This document shows positions 29,941 through 39,039 of a DNA stretch of 64,000 nucleotides, in pieces. Position 1 is the first letter of the stretch. The number at the start of each line of letters is the position of its first letter. The notes under the pieces were generated by a model. It saw only the letters and a list, made by a program, of their open reading frames with translations. It was not told the origin of the DNA and did no database searches. The translations under genes were made by a program, and so were the position numbers. This DNA is from an uncultured Bdellovibrio sp. (lineage in GTDB: Bacteria; Bdellovibrionota; Bdellovibrionia; Bdellovibrionales; Bdellovibrionaceae), in contig CAWVRN010000002.1 in NCBI GenBank assembly GCA_963932905.1, positions 224,001-288,000 on the forward strand, read 5' to 3'.

Positions 29941-29949
29941 CTTTCTTTC

Positions 29950-32763
29950 TTATTTGCCGCCGTAGAAGCGGATGCAGAGAATGTTTGAACTGCGTATATT
30001 GTTTAGGTCTTTTTCTAAAGCGTTTGCTTTTTCTGATCTTGGTACGTATTTTTGTTTGTCAAAAATCGAAGGGACCGAGTTTTTAACAGTTCCCACCGGG
30101 ACAAGTTTGGCTTCAGTGGCTAATAGTTGAATCATGTCTTCTGGGCGGTAGCCTGCTTTGCCATACGCTTCTTCATTTGTGAGATTGTCTTTTTTCATTT
30201 TTTCGCGACGTTTTTCTGCCATAAAAAACGCGACTTCTGGAGAACCCATTGAAGTTCCACTGATTTCGGCCCTTTGGTCATTGAACTGCAGAGCCTTGTG
30301 GCTGCGAACCATATCTGTTGTTTGTATTAGTAATGATCTTAGCATTGCAAATTCTTCGAAAGGAATTTGCATTCTTTCCATGGCATCAGCTACGCGCGAG
30401 TCCGAGTCATCAATCCCAGACATAAATCTTTGAGCTCTGAAGACTTCAGGATAACGAGCTTTAATCATCGTGTTCGACATATATAAACTGTATCCCATCG
30501 CACCCGAGTTTATGTTTTCTCCGCGAGCCATGAATTGAGCGTTTTCAGTGAAGATCATATTTGAAAAGCCTGAACGGTTGCCGTCTTCATTCGCGCTCAT
30601 TACGATCGCAATGTTAGAAACTTTTTCACCAGGCAAAGGACCCTCACCTGGAAGTTTATATTTTTCCAACCATTTAGGACGTAAATCAGCCGGGAAATCT
30701 GACTGTGTCGTTCCATCACCGACATTGTTACTATTACCAGCAGCCATAAAATAAAGAGTGTTTTTTCCGTGAGTCGCAAGACCCTCAGCAATCATATACT
30801 TTTGGAACTCGTTAAAAATAAAATCCATTTTTGAAGCTAGTTTTTCTTCAGGAGTATCTAGGGTCGCGTGGCGGGAAGGGAAACTAGATTCACCACCCAA
30901 TGAAAGATTGCCAATCGGACGTTTTGCCATTGCATCGTCTTTGAAGCGTTCAATCAAGTTTAAATGAAGTTCAAGACCAACCATGCCTCGTTGAGACGCC
31001 ATAGACATTAAGTTAGGTCCAAATTTTTGCGTCATGAATTTAGCTAATTTTTGAATATCTTCTTGGGTGTCTATCGATTTAGGCAAATTGGCGCGGCCTT
31101 CTGCCGTTTCTGTGATGCCATCTTTTTTTAAAGTATCAAAAATAGCGCGTGCCACTACCGGTTTTTGAAACCAGGCATTAAGTAATTCTAGATTTTTTAT
31201 TACCATTTCTTGTTGTACTTGAACGTTGGCACCGATAGCACCCAAACCAACCCGAGCACCATCAGCTACGTAACCTTTATTTAAATAAGCTTCGCCTGTT
31301 GTGGCAACGTGAGTTCCATGAAATTCTGCCTCTTTGTGCATGTCAGGCAGTTTTGTGCGCATGACAAATTTTCTATAAAGTGAACTCTCGCCAGGAATCC
31401 AGGGCGCACGTCCTTTTTCTTCAATTTGTTTCAAGATGACTTCGAAGTTTTTGTTTTTAGTGCCTTCGTAAATAAATTTTCTAACCAAATCCAAGCTAGC
31501 TAACTGGCCTTTGATTTCATTTATTTCCGCAAAGTTAGTTTGTGTCGCTGGATCTTGTAACATCGTCGCTAAAACACCCGTGTAAACGTTGAAAGCGCGC
31601 TCGATAATTTGATCCCAAGTAGCACCTGGGTAAACGGCTTTCATTTTTCGTAACGCCAGATAGAAATCATTAGACGGATTGTAAATTTGAGTTCCTAATT
31701 TTTTGAACGCAATTTGTTCTGATAGTTTTGCCATTGTATAGGCACCCACCAATTTCCTTGGTGTGTTTGTTTCAAAGTGATGACCTTTAAAATAGGTTGC
31801 CTGAACACCGATTAGTTTTTTCAAAGACGCACCTAGACCGGTTTCACCACCGACACTGAGTGCTTTATCAACGGTTGCTTGAAGTTCCTTTAATCCTTTT
31901 AATCTTTCTAATTCAAACAAAGATAAGAAGTCAGGAAGACCTGCATCAGATGACATAATCCAAGATGTTGCCGCAAACTTTAACAATGACGCATCTTCAG
32001 GATTTACTTTCACTGGGCTTGTTTGAGGACTTATCAAACGACCTTGTTTTTCAAATTGAGCCACCACCTTTTCATCAGCATGGTAACCTAAAAGTCTTAA
32101 CAAACCAATCATGTTGGTATTCGAAGAATTGATTTTAGTGAAAAACGTATTTTGTAAATTTGGATTTGCTTTAATAGCTTTCACTACGGCTTCCATTACG
32201 TCTTCATTTAGTTTTGTCAAAAATTCGATAGGGTTTTCCTTGGCTCCTACCACACGAAATATTTCATCAATGCCATCGGCGCCAATAGCGTAAATCCAAG
32301 GATCTTGCAATTGTGGTATAGCCCACGGAGTGTTGCTTAAAAAGTCTTGTCCTGCACCGACAACTTTACCATTTTGAATTTTCCAATCGAGGATAGATTC
32401 AGCAAAATTATTCAAAGGATCAATTCCCGAATCGATAATGGAAACTGGTACGATAAATTTATCGCCTTCTCTGGCTTTTACCATTTCTACGATTCGGTTG
32501 TGTTTGCCTTTTAGAGCGATGAATCGTTCTTGTGCAGTTAGGAAAGATTTAGGTGGATTTACGGTTTTAGTTTTGGGATCTGGAGCGAAAAAGTTTTCTG
32601 CTCTTTGAACTTCGATTGGATTATCGACTTCGACGGCCAGCAAATTCAGTTTTTTCTCGACGATGGTCACCGGCTTTTCTGTGACCTTTATTTTTGCATA
32701 GCTGTTTAAAGTGAATGAGACTGTGAGTAGTAAGCTTAACAATACGTTGAACCGATTTCGCAT
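29950..32763 (-). CDS. Secreted S8 (subtilisin-like) serine protease with very large insertions
   Basis: Signal peptide; IIDSG (D111), HGTHVA (H482), AAGN, GTSMGSP (S838). Confidence 0.82.
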   Translation of the reverse strand: MRNRFNVLLSLLLTVSFTLNSYAKIKVTEKPVTIVEKKLNLLAVEVDNPIEVQRAENFFAPDPKTKTVNPPKSFLTAQERFIALKGKHNRIVEMVKAREGDKFIVPVSIIDSGIDPLNNFAESILDWKIQNGKVVGAGQDFLSNTPWAIPQLQDPWIYAIGADGIDEIFRVVGAKENPIEFLTKLNEDVMEAVVKAIKANPNLQNTFFTKINSSNTNMIGLLRLLGYHADEKVVAQFEKQGRLISPQTSPVKVNPEDASLLKFAATSWIMSSDAGLPDFLSLFELERLKGLKELQATVDKALSVGGETGLGASLKKLIGVQATYFKGHHFETNTPRKLVGAYTMAKLSEQIAFKKLGTQIYNPSNDFYLALRKMKAVYPGATWDQIIERAFNVYTGVLATMLQDPATQTNFAEINEIKGQLASLDLVRKFIYEGTKNKNFEVILKQIEEKGRAPWIPGESSLYRKFVMRTKLPDMHKEAEFHGTHVATTGEAYLNKGYVADGARVGLGAIGANVQVQQEMVIKNLELLNAWFQKPVVARAIFDTLKKDGITETAEGRANLPKSIDTQEDIQKLAKFMTQKFGPNLMSMASQRGMVGLELHLNLIERFKDDAMAKRPIGNLSLGGESSFPSRHATLDTPEEKLASKMDFIFNEFQKYMIAEGLATHGKNTLYFMAAGNSNNVGDGTTQSDFPADLRPKWLEKYKLPGEGPLPGEKVSNIAIVMSANEDGNRSGFSNMIFTENAQFMARGENINSGAMGYSLYMSNTMIKARYPEVFRAQRFMSGIDDSDSRVADAMERMQIPFEEFAMLRSLLIQTTDMVRSHKALQFNDQRAEISGTSMGSPEVAFFMAEKRREKMKKDNLTNEEAYGKAGYRPEDMIQLLATEAKLVPVGTVKNSVPSIFDKQKYVPRSEKANALEKDLNNIRSSNILCIRFYGGK

Positions 32764-32893
32764 AGAATCCGCCTTTAGTCTGGGTTTTGCAGGATTCGTT
32801 CCTGCCTATATCGGTTTTTAGTCCTTAAACTGTCTACATTTTTGACAGTTCATTGGGGGAATAACTTTTTTTCGCCGACACTCTAGAGTTCTT

Positions 32894-32920
32894 TTAAGTC
32901 CGGCTGCGAATTACCGATAA
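32894..32920 (+). promoter_or_regulatory. Putative sigma28-type promoter
   Basis: TTAAG-N14-ACCGATAA, 9 bp before ATG 32930. Confidence 0.55.
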
Positions 32921-32929
32921 ATAGTTAGA

Positions 32930-34414
32930 ATGTTAAAGAAAAATTCGAATAAGAAAAATTCGGCAGCAGATGATCTACTAAGCTCCTTGCTTGAGGACGT
33001 GGATCAGCTTGATCTTGGTTCCGATGATAAAGAGGAACTCGAGCCGACGTTCTATGGAAGTTCGAATGATTCAGATAAAAAGAAAAAAGATATTTCCGAT
33101 GTTTCTTCTGATTTCTTAATGCCAGCTTTTGAAGCTGAAAAATCAGGAATGAGTGTTGGTCTTAGCACTGGTTCTGATGATGATAGTTCTCCGGATGATT
33201 TCTGGGAACAAGCAGAAAAGATGGCGAATAAAAGTATTAACTTCGGTCAGCTCAATGAATCCGATGAATTCAAAGATCTCGAAAAGAAAAAATCTACTTA
33301 CAAAGGCCCCGAAGCATCCAGTGATTTTCTTGATCAAATCAATGCTCATTTGTCCCCAGTACATAAATCGGGAACTGTAAACACAGGTTCTTCTGACAGC
33401 GTTGGAAAATCGACGTATGATGGTAAATCTATTCCGCAATATGAAGACAGCCGAGCGGAACAAAATGACAGCCGTCTTCTTCAGGGATTGAACCCAGCCA
33501 CCGAGGTCGTACGCGAAATTATATTAGAAAAACCAGAAGTCGTGAATGATGCGACGGTTCCTTTTTCAGCTGTTGACGGTATCGATATTCCTCAAATTTT
33601 AGGTTTGGGTAGCGTAGCGGCCAATACCGATGCGGATAGAACTGTTGCTGTAACTCAGTTCGCGAATAAACAAAATAAATTGAAGAATCAAACGGATCAG
33701 CAGGATTCGCCTCATAAAACTTCGGCAACTTCGCGATTAGACCCTGATATGAACCCGGACGAACGCATCATGCTTGTGACCCAGAAGCCACCGAAGGTGA
33801 ATTCAAGCCAGGTTTCGATCGATGCCAGCTTGGCGCAGGCTGAAAATTTGAGAATGGCTCAAAATCGCATTTTAGATTTAGAAAAAGAAATTGAACGTCT
33901 TCGTCAGGAGAACGACGAAATCTTAACGGCGTCGGAAATCATGCGTACAAAAGCGGAAGAGTACACTCTTCGTCTTTCTAATTTGGAAAAAGAACTAAGT
34001 GAAGGCAAGATTGATTTCAAAAATGAACTAGCTATCGTTAAAGGAACTCTTTCCTTTAAAGAGGCTGACAATCAGAAATTGAAAATGAAAGTCGATGAAT
34101 TAGAATTGCGTATTAAAACGGATTTTAAGAAAATACGTATTCGTGAGCGCGAACTTGAGAATCGTCTAGAATTGGTGAAGGCGGAAAAGCAAGCCATTGC
34201 TAAGTCTAAAGACGAGTTATTGTTAGACTTGCAACGTAAGAACGATCAGGCCAAAGCTGAGATCGATAATTACCGTGAGAAAGTCCAAGAATTAAATAAA
34301 AGTTTAGAAAGTACCCAAAGTCAGATTAAAATGACAGTCAGAGCCCTTCGTATTGCACTTTCGCATATTGAGGACAAATCGGATACTGCAACGCCAATTA
34401 AAAAAGCAAATTAG
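32930..34414 (+). CDS. Hypothetical protein with acidic disordered N-terminus and long C-terminal coiled coil
   Basis: D/S-rich N-half, heptad-rich C-terminal ~190 aa. Confidence 0.75.
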   Translation: MLKKNSNKKNSAADDLLSSLLEDVDQLDLGSDDKEELEPTFYGSSNDSDKKKKDISDVSSDFLMPAFEAEKSGMSVGLSTGSDDDSSPDDFWEQAEKMANKSINFGQLNESDEFKDLEKKKSTYKGPEASSDFLDQINAHLSPVHKSGTVNTGSSDSVGKSTYDGKSIPQYEDSRAEQNDSRLLQGLNPATEVVREIILEKPEVVNDATVPFSAVDGIDIPQILGLGSVAANTDADRTVAVTQFANKQNKLKNQTDQQDSPHKTSATSRLDPDMNPDERIMLVTQKPPKVNSSQVSIDASLAQAENLRMAQNRILDLEKEIERLRQENDEILTASEIMRTKAEEYTLRLSNLEKELSEGKIDFKNELAIVKGTLSFKEADNQKLKMKVDELELRIKTDFKKIRIRERELENRLELVKAEKQAIAKSKDELLLDLQRKNDQAKAEIDNYREKVQELNKSLESTQSQIKMTVRALRIALSHIEDKSDTATPIKKAN

Positions 34415-34416
34415 AA

Positions 34417-35538
34417 ATGACTGCCCAAGAAATTGAAAGAAAAACCGAGACGACTCCAAAGAAAATCAAATTGGTGATTAGTAACCTTCATATGGGTAAA
34501 GGTCGTTTTCTTGAAAACGGTGGGATGAATCCGTTAGAAGAGTTTTATTTCAATGAAAAGTTTGTTGAGTACATCAATTACTATTCCAGCGGTATTTACA
34601 AAGACTACGAGGTCGAATTAATTATAAACGGCGATTTCATTAATTTCCTGCAAGTGGATTACAAAGGCCACTTTCTTTCTGTATTGACGGAATCTGTGTC
34701 GCTTGAGCTGCTTAAAAAAGTAGTTAAAGGTCATAAGAATGTTTTTGATGCGCTGGCCTCGTTTGCGGCCAAAGAAAACAAACAGATAACGTATATCATT
34801 GGGAATCAAGATCAGGCGATGTTATGGCCTAGCTGTAAACTCTATCTAAATCAGGTGATAGGCTTTCCAGTCCGTTTTAAAAACATTATGCATTACTTTG
34901 ATGGTTTTCATATCGAACATGGGCATATGTATGATGCAATTAACCGAGTCGATCCTAAAAAGTTTTTTCTTAAAAAGAATTTGCCAGAACCCATATTGAA
35001 TCTACCTATTGGTAGCCATTTTTTTATTGAATTGGTGCTTAAAGTTAAAATGAAGTATCCGTTTATAGATAAAGTGCGTCCATTTAAAAAACTTGTGACC
35101 TGGACTATGTTCAACCATACGAAACTATTTATTTCATCAATTATTGCTACGATTAAATTTATTGTTTCTAACTTTTTCTTTAAGAATAATCCCAGGAAGA
35201 ACTTTTCATTAAAAACGCTATCGAAGATGCTGATTCAGAGCGCATTGTTTCCTGATTTATCGCAATCGGCGCGTCGTCTGTTGAACAATGATAGAATTCA
35301 TACGGTTATTTTTGGCCAATCCCAGGGCTATAAGTATCGCCAATGGGAAATGGACAAGGAGTTTTTCAATGTTGGAAATTGGACAGAGATAACTTCGCTC
35401 GATATTTCATCACTCGGCAAGGTTTCTAAGCTTACTTATGTTCTAATCGAATACCCAACAGACGAGTCACGACCAAGAGCCAGACTAAAAGAGTGGCGCG
35501 GTTATTATCGAATCGAAGAAGACGTCGTAATTAGTTAG
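34417..35538 (+). CDS. Calcineurin-like metallophosphoesterase-fold protein with degenerate active site
   Basis: ISNLH, GDFIN, GNQD, EHGH, FGQSQ in the order of DxH, GDxxD, GNHD, H, GHxH. Confidence 0.75.
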   Translation: MTAQEIERKTETTPKKIKLVISNLHMGKGRFLENGGMNPLEEFYFNEKFVEYINYYSSGIYKDYEVELIINGDFINFLQVDYKGHFLSVLTESVSLELLKKVVKGHKNVFDALASFAAKENKQITYIIGNQDQAMLWPSCKLYLNQVIGFPVRFKNIMHYFDGFHIEHGHMYDAINRVDPKKFFLKKNLPEPILNLPIGSHFFIELVLKVKMKYPFIDKVRPFKKLVTWTMFNHTKLFISSIIATIKFIVSNFFFKNNPRKNFSLKTLSKMLIQSALFPDLSQSARRLLNNDRIHTVIFGQSQGYKYRQWEMDKEFFNVGNWTEITSLDISSLGKVSKLTYVLIEYPTDESRPRARLKEWRGYYRIEEDVVIS

Positions 35539-35546
35539 CACCGACT

Positions 35547-35571
35547 AGCTGGGACTCATGGTCCCAGTTTT
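35547..35571 (+). terminator. Putative intrinsic terminator
   Basis: AGCTGGGAC-tcatg-GTCCCAGTT followed by TT. Confidence 0.5.
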
Positions 35572-35616
35572 CCAAAAATATTTGTAGCTTCTATATTTTA
35601 GGGATATTCTTTCTAT

Positions 35617-36534
35617 ATGTCAGGAAAAGACGATACAAACGAAAAAACGATGGTGGCATCGGATACCACCTTAAAAAAAGAATTACTTCGATCCGATAGT
35701 GCTCCTCCGATGCTTGTGGTTCTGATGGGACCGCCGGGATATCAAGGAAAACAGTGGGCGTTGACAGATGCGTTTGTAATTGGCCGTGCAATTGAATCTA
35801 ATGTATTTATCGACGATAAAAGTCTTTCACGATCGCATGCGCGCATCGATATCAAGGGTGACAAAGTTTACGTTGTCGATTTAGGTTCAACAAATAAGAC
35901 AATCGTGAACGGACAAATTCTTCCGCCCATGGTTTTGTGCGAATTAAAAAACAATGATCAAGTTAAAACGGGTAATGTTATTTTCAAGTTTCTAGAAACT
36001 GGAAATATTGAAGGCTTAACAACACAGATGTTGTTCGAAAAAGCGAACCGTGATGCTTTGACTGGCGCGTACTCGAAAGGGGCACTGCTTGAAAAAGGCC
36101 CTGAATCGATCAAGCGCTCTGAGGTTTTGAATGAAGCCCTAAGCGTAATTGTATTTGATATCGATTTTTTCAAGAAAATTAACGACAGCCACGGACATCC
36201 TTGTGGTGACTTCGTGCTAAAAGATATGGCTCGTGTTGTTTCAACAAAACTAATTCGTTCAAACGATTTTTTCGCACGTTATGGTGGTGAAGAATTCGTA
36301 CTGATTCTAAGCGGCACTCCAGACAAGGTAGCTGCAGAGATCGCAGAACGGATTCGTACAACGATCCAAAACCACGAGTTCAAATTCGATGGCAAGATAA
36401 TCCCAGTGACCGTTTCAGTTGGCGTCACCTCAAAACAACCCAACGATACTCAATGGCAATTCATCTTCGATCGCGTGGACAAAGCACTCTACACCTCAAA
36501 ACAAACAGGCCGAAATAAAGTCACCATCGGCTAA
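35617..36534 (+). CDS. dgcB: FHA-GGDEF diguanylate cyclase, DgcB-like
   Basis: N-terminal tail NEKTMVAS; FHA motifs IGR, SRSH, STN; DIDFFKKIND and RYGGEEF. Confidence 0.85.
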   Translation: MSGKDDTNEKTMVASDTTLKKELLRSDSAPPMLVVLMGPPGYQGKQWALTDAFVIGRAIESNVFIDDKSLSRSHARIDIKGDKVYVVDLGSTNKTIVNGQILPPMVLCELKNNDQVKTGNVIFKFLETGNIEGLTTQMLFEKANRDALTGAYSKGALLEKGPESIKRSEVLNEALSVIVFDIDFFKKINDSHGHPCGDFVLKDMARVVSTKLIRSNDFFARYGGEEFVLILSGTPDKVAAEIAERIRTTIQNHEFKFDGKIIPVTVSVGVTSKQPNDTQWQFIFDRVDKALYTSKQTGRNKVTIG

Positions 36535-37088
36535 AAGGTACCTCCTAACATTCTGGAGCCCGCAGCGTTAAACGCGCTGGATACCAGAATAGTAGGGGGG
36601 CTCAAGTCGCATCTGTATATAGATAGAGCAATCACGAAAAGACGAAAACGTAAACGGTACCTCAAACGGCTACGCCCAAAGGTTTTCCGGTCCGTCCACC
36701 GTGCACCAGCGTTTCGCGCAGATGCATTTTGGCTCTGTCAAAATTTTTTGCAAAATTAGCTGCGCTCAAGATTTGCCATAAAAAATTCTTATCCCAAACT
36801 GTTCATCTCAAACCAATACAATCTGATTTCCAGTGTCTAGAGTTTATCCAAACTTATACTTATGATTCGGGGTCAATTTGACCTTTTCTCGTTGGCCTTT
36901 GCGTTGCTTAGTAGATAAGCAGAGCGCGGGTTTGAATAAGAGGGCTATTTCCCGCGATCGAGTGAGTAGGCGCAGGTTTCATGAGGTGAATGAAAAAGGC
37001 GGCTAACCACTAGAAAGTAAAAAGGAAAATTTTTTTACTGAAAAAAATAGAAAAAATTAACCTAATTACCAAGTCGAGGGTCTAAACA

Positions 37089-37703
37089 ATGGGAAAAGAT
37101 TTACTAATCTTAACTGACAATGAGCTTGTGCAGGAGATTAAGACAGGAAACCGGAAAGCCTTCTCTGAGATCGTAAAGAGGCACCAAAAATCGTTGCTAC
37201 GTATGTCGCTTCGATTTGTAAAGGATTTAGATATGGCAGAAGACGTAGTCCAAGAAAGCTTCATCAAAGCGTTTGAAAAGCTAAATGCTTTCGAAGGACG
37301 TTCTTCTTTCAAAAGCTGGTTGTTCCAAATCGCAGTAAACACGGCGAAGAACAAACTGCGTGAACGTAGACGAGCAACGACGGATATTGATTCCGTACAG
37401 CTGGCGGTGGGAGCTGTGGCAGAATCATCGCTGGTACACTCGGCACTGTCACAAGAAATACAAGAAGAGATTGATAAGTTACCAACTAAACAACGAACCG
37501 CTTTGATCTTACGAGTATACGAAGATTTAAGCTTTAAGGAGATCGCAGATATTATGGAATGCCCATACGACACAGCGAAAGCTAATTACAGACATGCGTT
37601 GATGAAGTTAAAAGATAGTTTCGAACAAAAATCAGATATGAGTGTATCAGAATCATTTGGTGGTTTTTACTCTGAAGTCGCGCAATACGTGGAGGTTGAA
37701 TAA
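37089..37703 (+). CDS. ECF RNA polymerase sigma factor
   Basis: AEDVVQESF, SFKSWLFQIAVN, LSFKEIADIM. Confidence 0.92.
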   Translation: MGKDLLILTDNELVQEIKTGNRKAFSEIVKRHQKSLLRMSLRFVKDLDMAEDVVQESFIKAFEKLNAFEGRSSFKSWLFQIAVNTAKNKLRERRRATTDIDSVQLAVGAVAESSLVHSALSQEIQEEIDKLPTKQRTALILRVYEDLSFKEIADIMECPYDTAKANYRHALMKLKDSFEQKSDMSVSESFGGFYSEVAQYVEVE

Positions 37704-37704
37704 T

Positions 37705-38175
37705 ATGAACCCAAGAACTTTACCTCCAGATTTAAAACCGACGGAAAGAATGTTGAAACGACTTGAGGCCGCTGAGCCCGAACCGCAGTTGCCAGAGTCA
37801 GAAGATTATTACCAAATGTTGCATGATAAAATAATGGCGCAGGTGGAAACAAAGGAAATTAAACCGCCGCCTCCGCCGATCAGAAAAACTCAAGCTTTGT
37901 TAAAGCGTCACTGGCGCAACGGATTGTATCTAGTGACGATGAGTGCATTAGCCGCTGTTATCAGCGTGAAAACAGTAGGGAATATTGATACTCAAGTTAA
38001 TCAAAATCATGCCGTAATAAAATTCCAGAATGAAGACCAATTAATAGGTCTATTGAAAGATGCGCCGGAAGTTTTGGACAACACAGTGTTGTCCTCATAT
38101 AACTCTCAAGACTTAATGAGTGATGATCTATATTCAAATATAGACTTGACCAAAGATGTATTCGACTCGATGTAG
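37705..38175 (+). CDS. Putative single-pass anti-sigma factor
   Basis: Starts 1 bp after the sigma stop with GGAGG SD; PESEDYY..LHDKIM segment, one TM helix. Confidence 0.6.
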   Translation: MNPRTLPPDLKPTERMLKRLEAAEPEPQLPESEDYYQMLHDKIMAQVETKEIKPPPPPIRKTQALLKRHWRNGLYLVTMSALAAVISVKTVGNIDTQVNQNHAVIKFQNEDQLIGLLKDAPEVLDNTVLSSYNSQDLMSDDLYSNIDLTKDVFDSM

Positions 38176-38205
38176 ATTGCTTATATAAATTAACAAACTA
38201 AAAAT

Positions 38206-38242
38206 AGTAATAAGCCCTGAAGTACTTTCGGGGCTTATTACT
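38206..38242. terminator. Long hairpin abutting the next start codon
   Basis: AGTAATAAGCCCTGAA-gtact-TTCGGGGCTTATTACT, then TT-ATG. Confidence 0.6.
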
Positions 38243-38244
38243 TT

Positions 38245-38715
38245 ATGACATACACTAAAACTATTCTTGTTCTATTTTTCCTGAGTTTTTCTGCACTAGC
38301 AGAGGTCGATCGACAGGTTAAAAAATTCGAAGACTTGTTTATTTGGAAAATTTCAGATGAATTGAAACTGACACAAAAAGAAGAAACGATCGTTGCCGAA
38401 ATTGTCAAAGACACTAATAAAAAGAAACAACAGTCGAACGCGGACCTTGAGGCTTTATATAAAAAGCTAAACGAAGAAACGACGGAGTCAGGAAAAAGGA
38501 CGGCCTTTAACAAAATCAGAGCCCTTCATAAAGCGCAGCTGAATATTACTTTAGAAGAATTAGATCGCTTAAACAAAGGTGTAGGATTAAAGCGCCTAGG
38601 TCAGTACTTAGAAGTAAAACGAGATCTTTCAGAGAAAATCAAAAACGTTTGGTCACAAACGGAAAAAAAAGGCGACAAAGTGTTGCCGCCACCCAAAGTT
38701 ATCGAAGAGAAATAG
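38245..38715 (+). CDS. Periplasmic helical protein (Spy/CpxP-like), third gene of the ECF locus
   Basis: Signal peptide, ELKLTQKE motif, helical. Confidence 0.55.
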   Translation: MTYTKTILVLFFLSFSALAEVDRQVKKFEDLFIWKISDELKLTQKEETIVAEIVKDTNKKKQQSNADLEALYKKLNEETTESGKRTAFNKIRALHKAQLNITLEELDRLNKGVGLKRLGQYLEVKRDLSEKIKNVWSQTEKKGDKVLPPPKVIEEK

Positions 38716-38801
38716 AATTTCCAGGCAGTCAGCCCAGGCATCGGGCAGCCAGACATCTATAAGTATGGACTTAGATTTGATCTGACACTAGTTGAAGTAA
38801 T

Positions 38802-38906
38802 GGCACTTCTAGAAACGAGAGGCGAGGTTTGGAGCTTCGCCGTTCTTTCCTAGGAAGCGCCACAAAAAGCTAAGTGGTGCATGACCAAGTAGCGTATAGA
38901 AGTATT
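38802..38906 (+). repeat. 105-bp element, copy A (inverted relative to copy B)
   Basis: 38802-38898 is the exact reverse complement of 41075-41171, then 1 mismatch and 7 more matches. Confidence 0.97.
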
Positions 38907-39039
38907 TGTTTTTGGACCGGATTTTGAATTTGAAAATATAGTGTGAGTTTACGCCAATTGAGCTGGCTCTCTGCAATTTAAAATTGAGACTCAGTTAACA
39001 ACTGAAAAGCAATTTTCGGCTGTATCAAAAGGAGACATT

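Noticed and set aside
38800..38853. 17-codon ORF (MALLETRGEVWSFAVLS) in repeat copy A
   Set aside because: Its ATG is absent from copy B, so the conservation is not protein-coding
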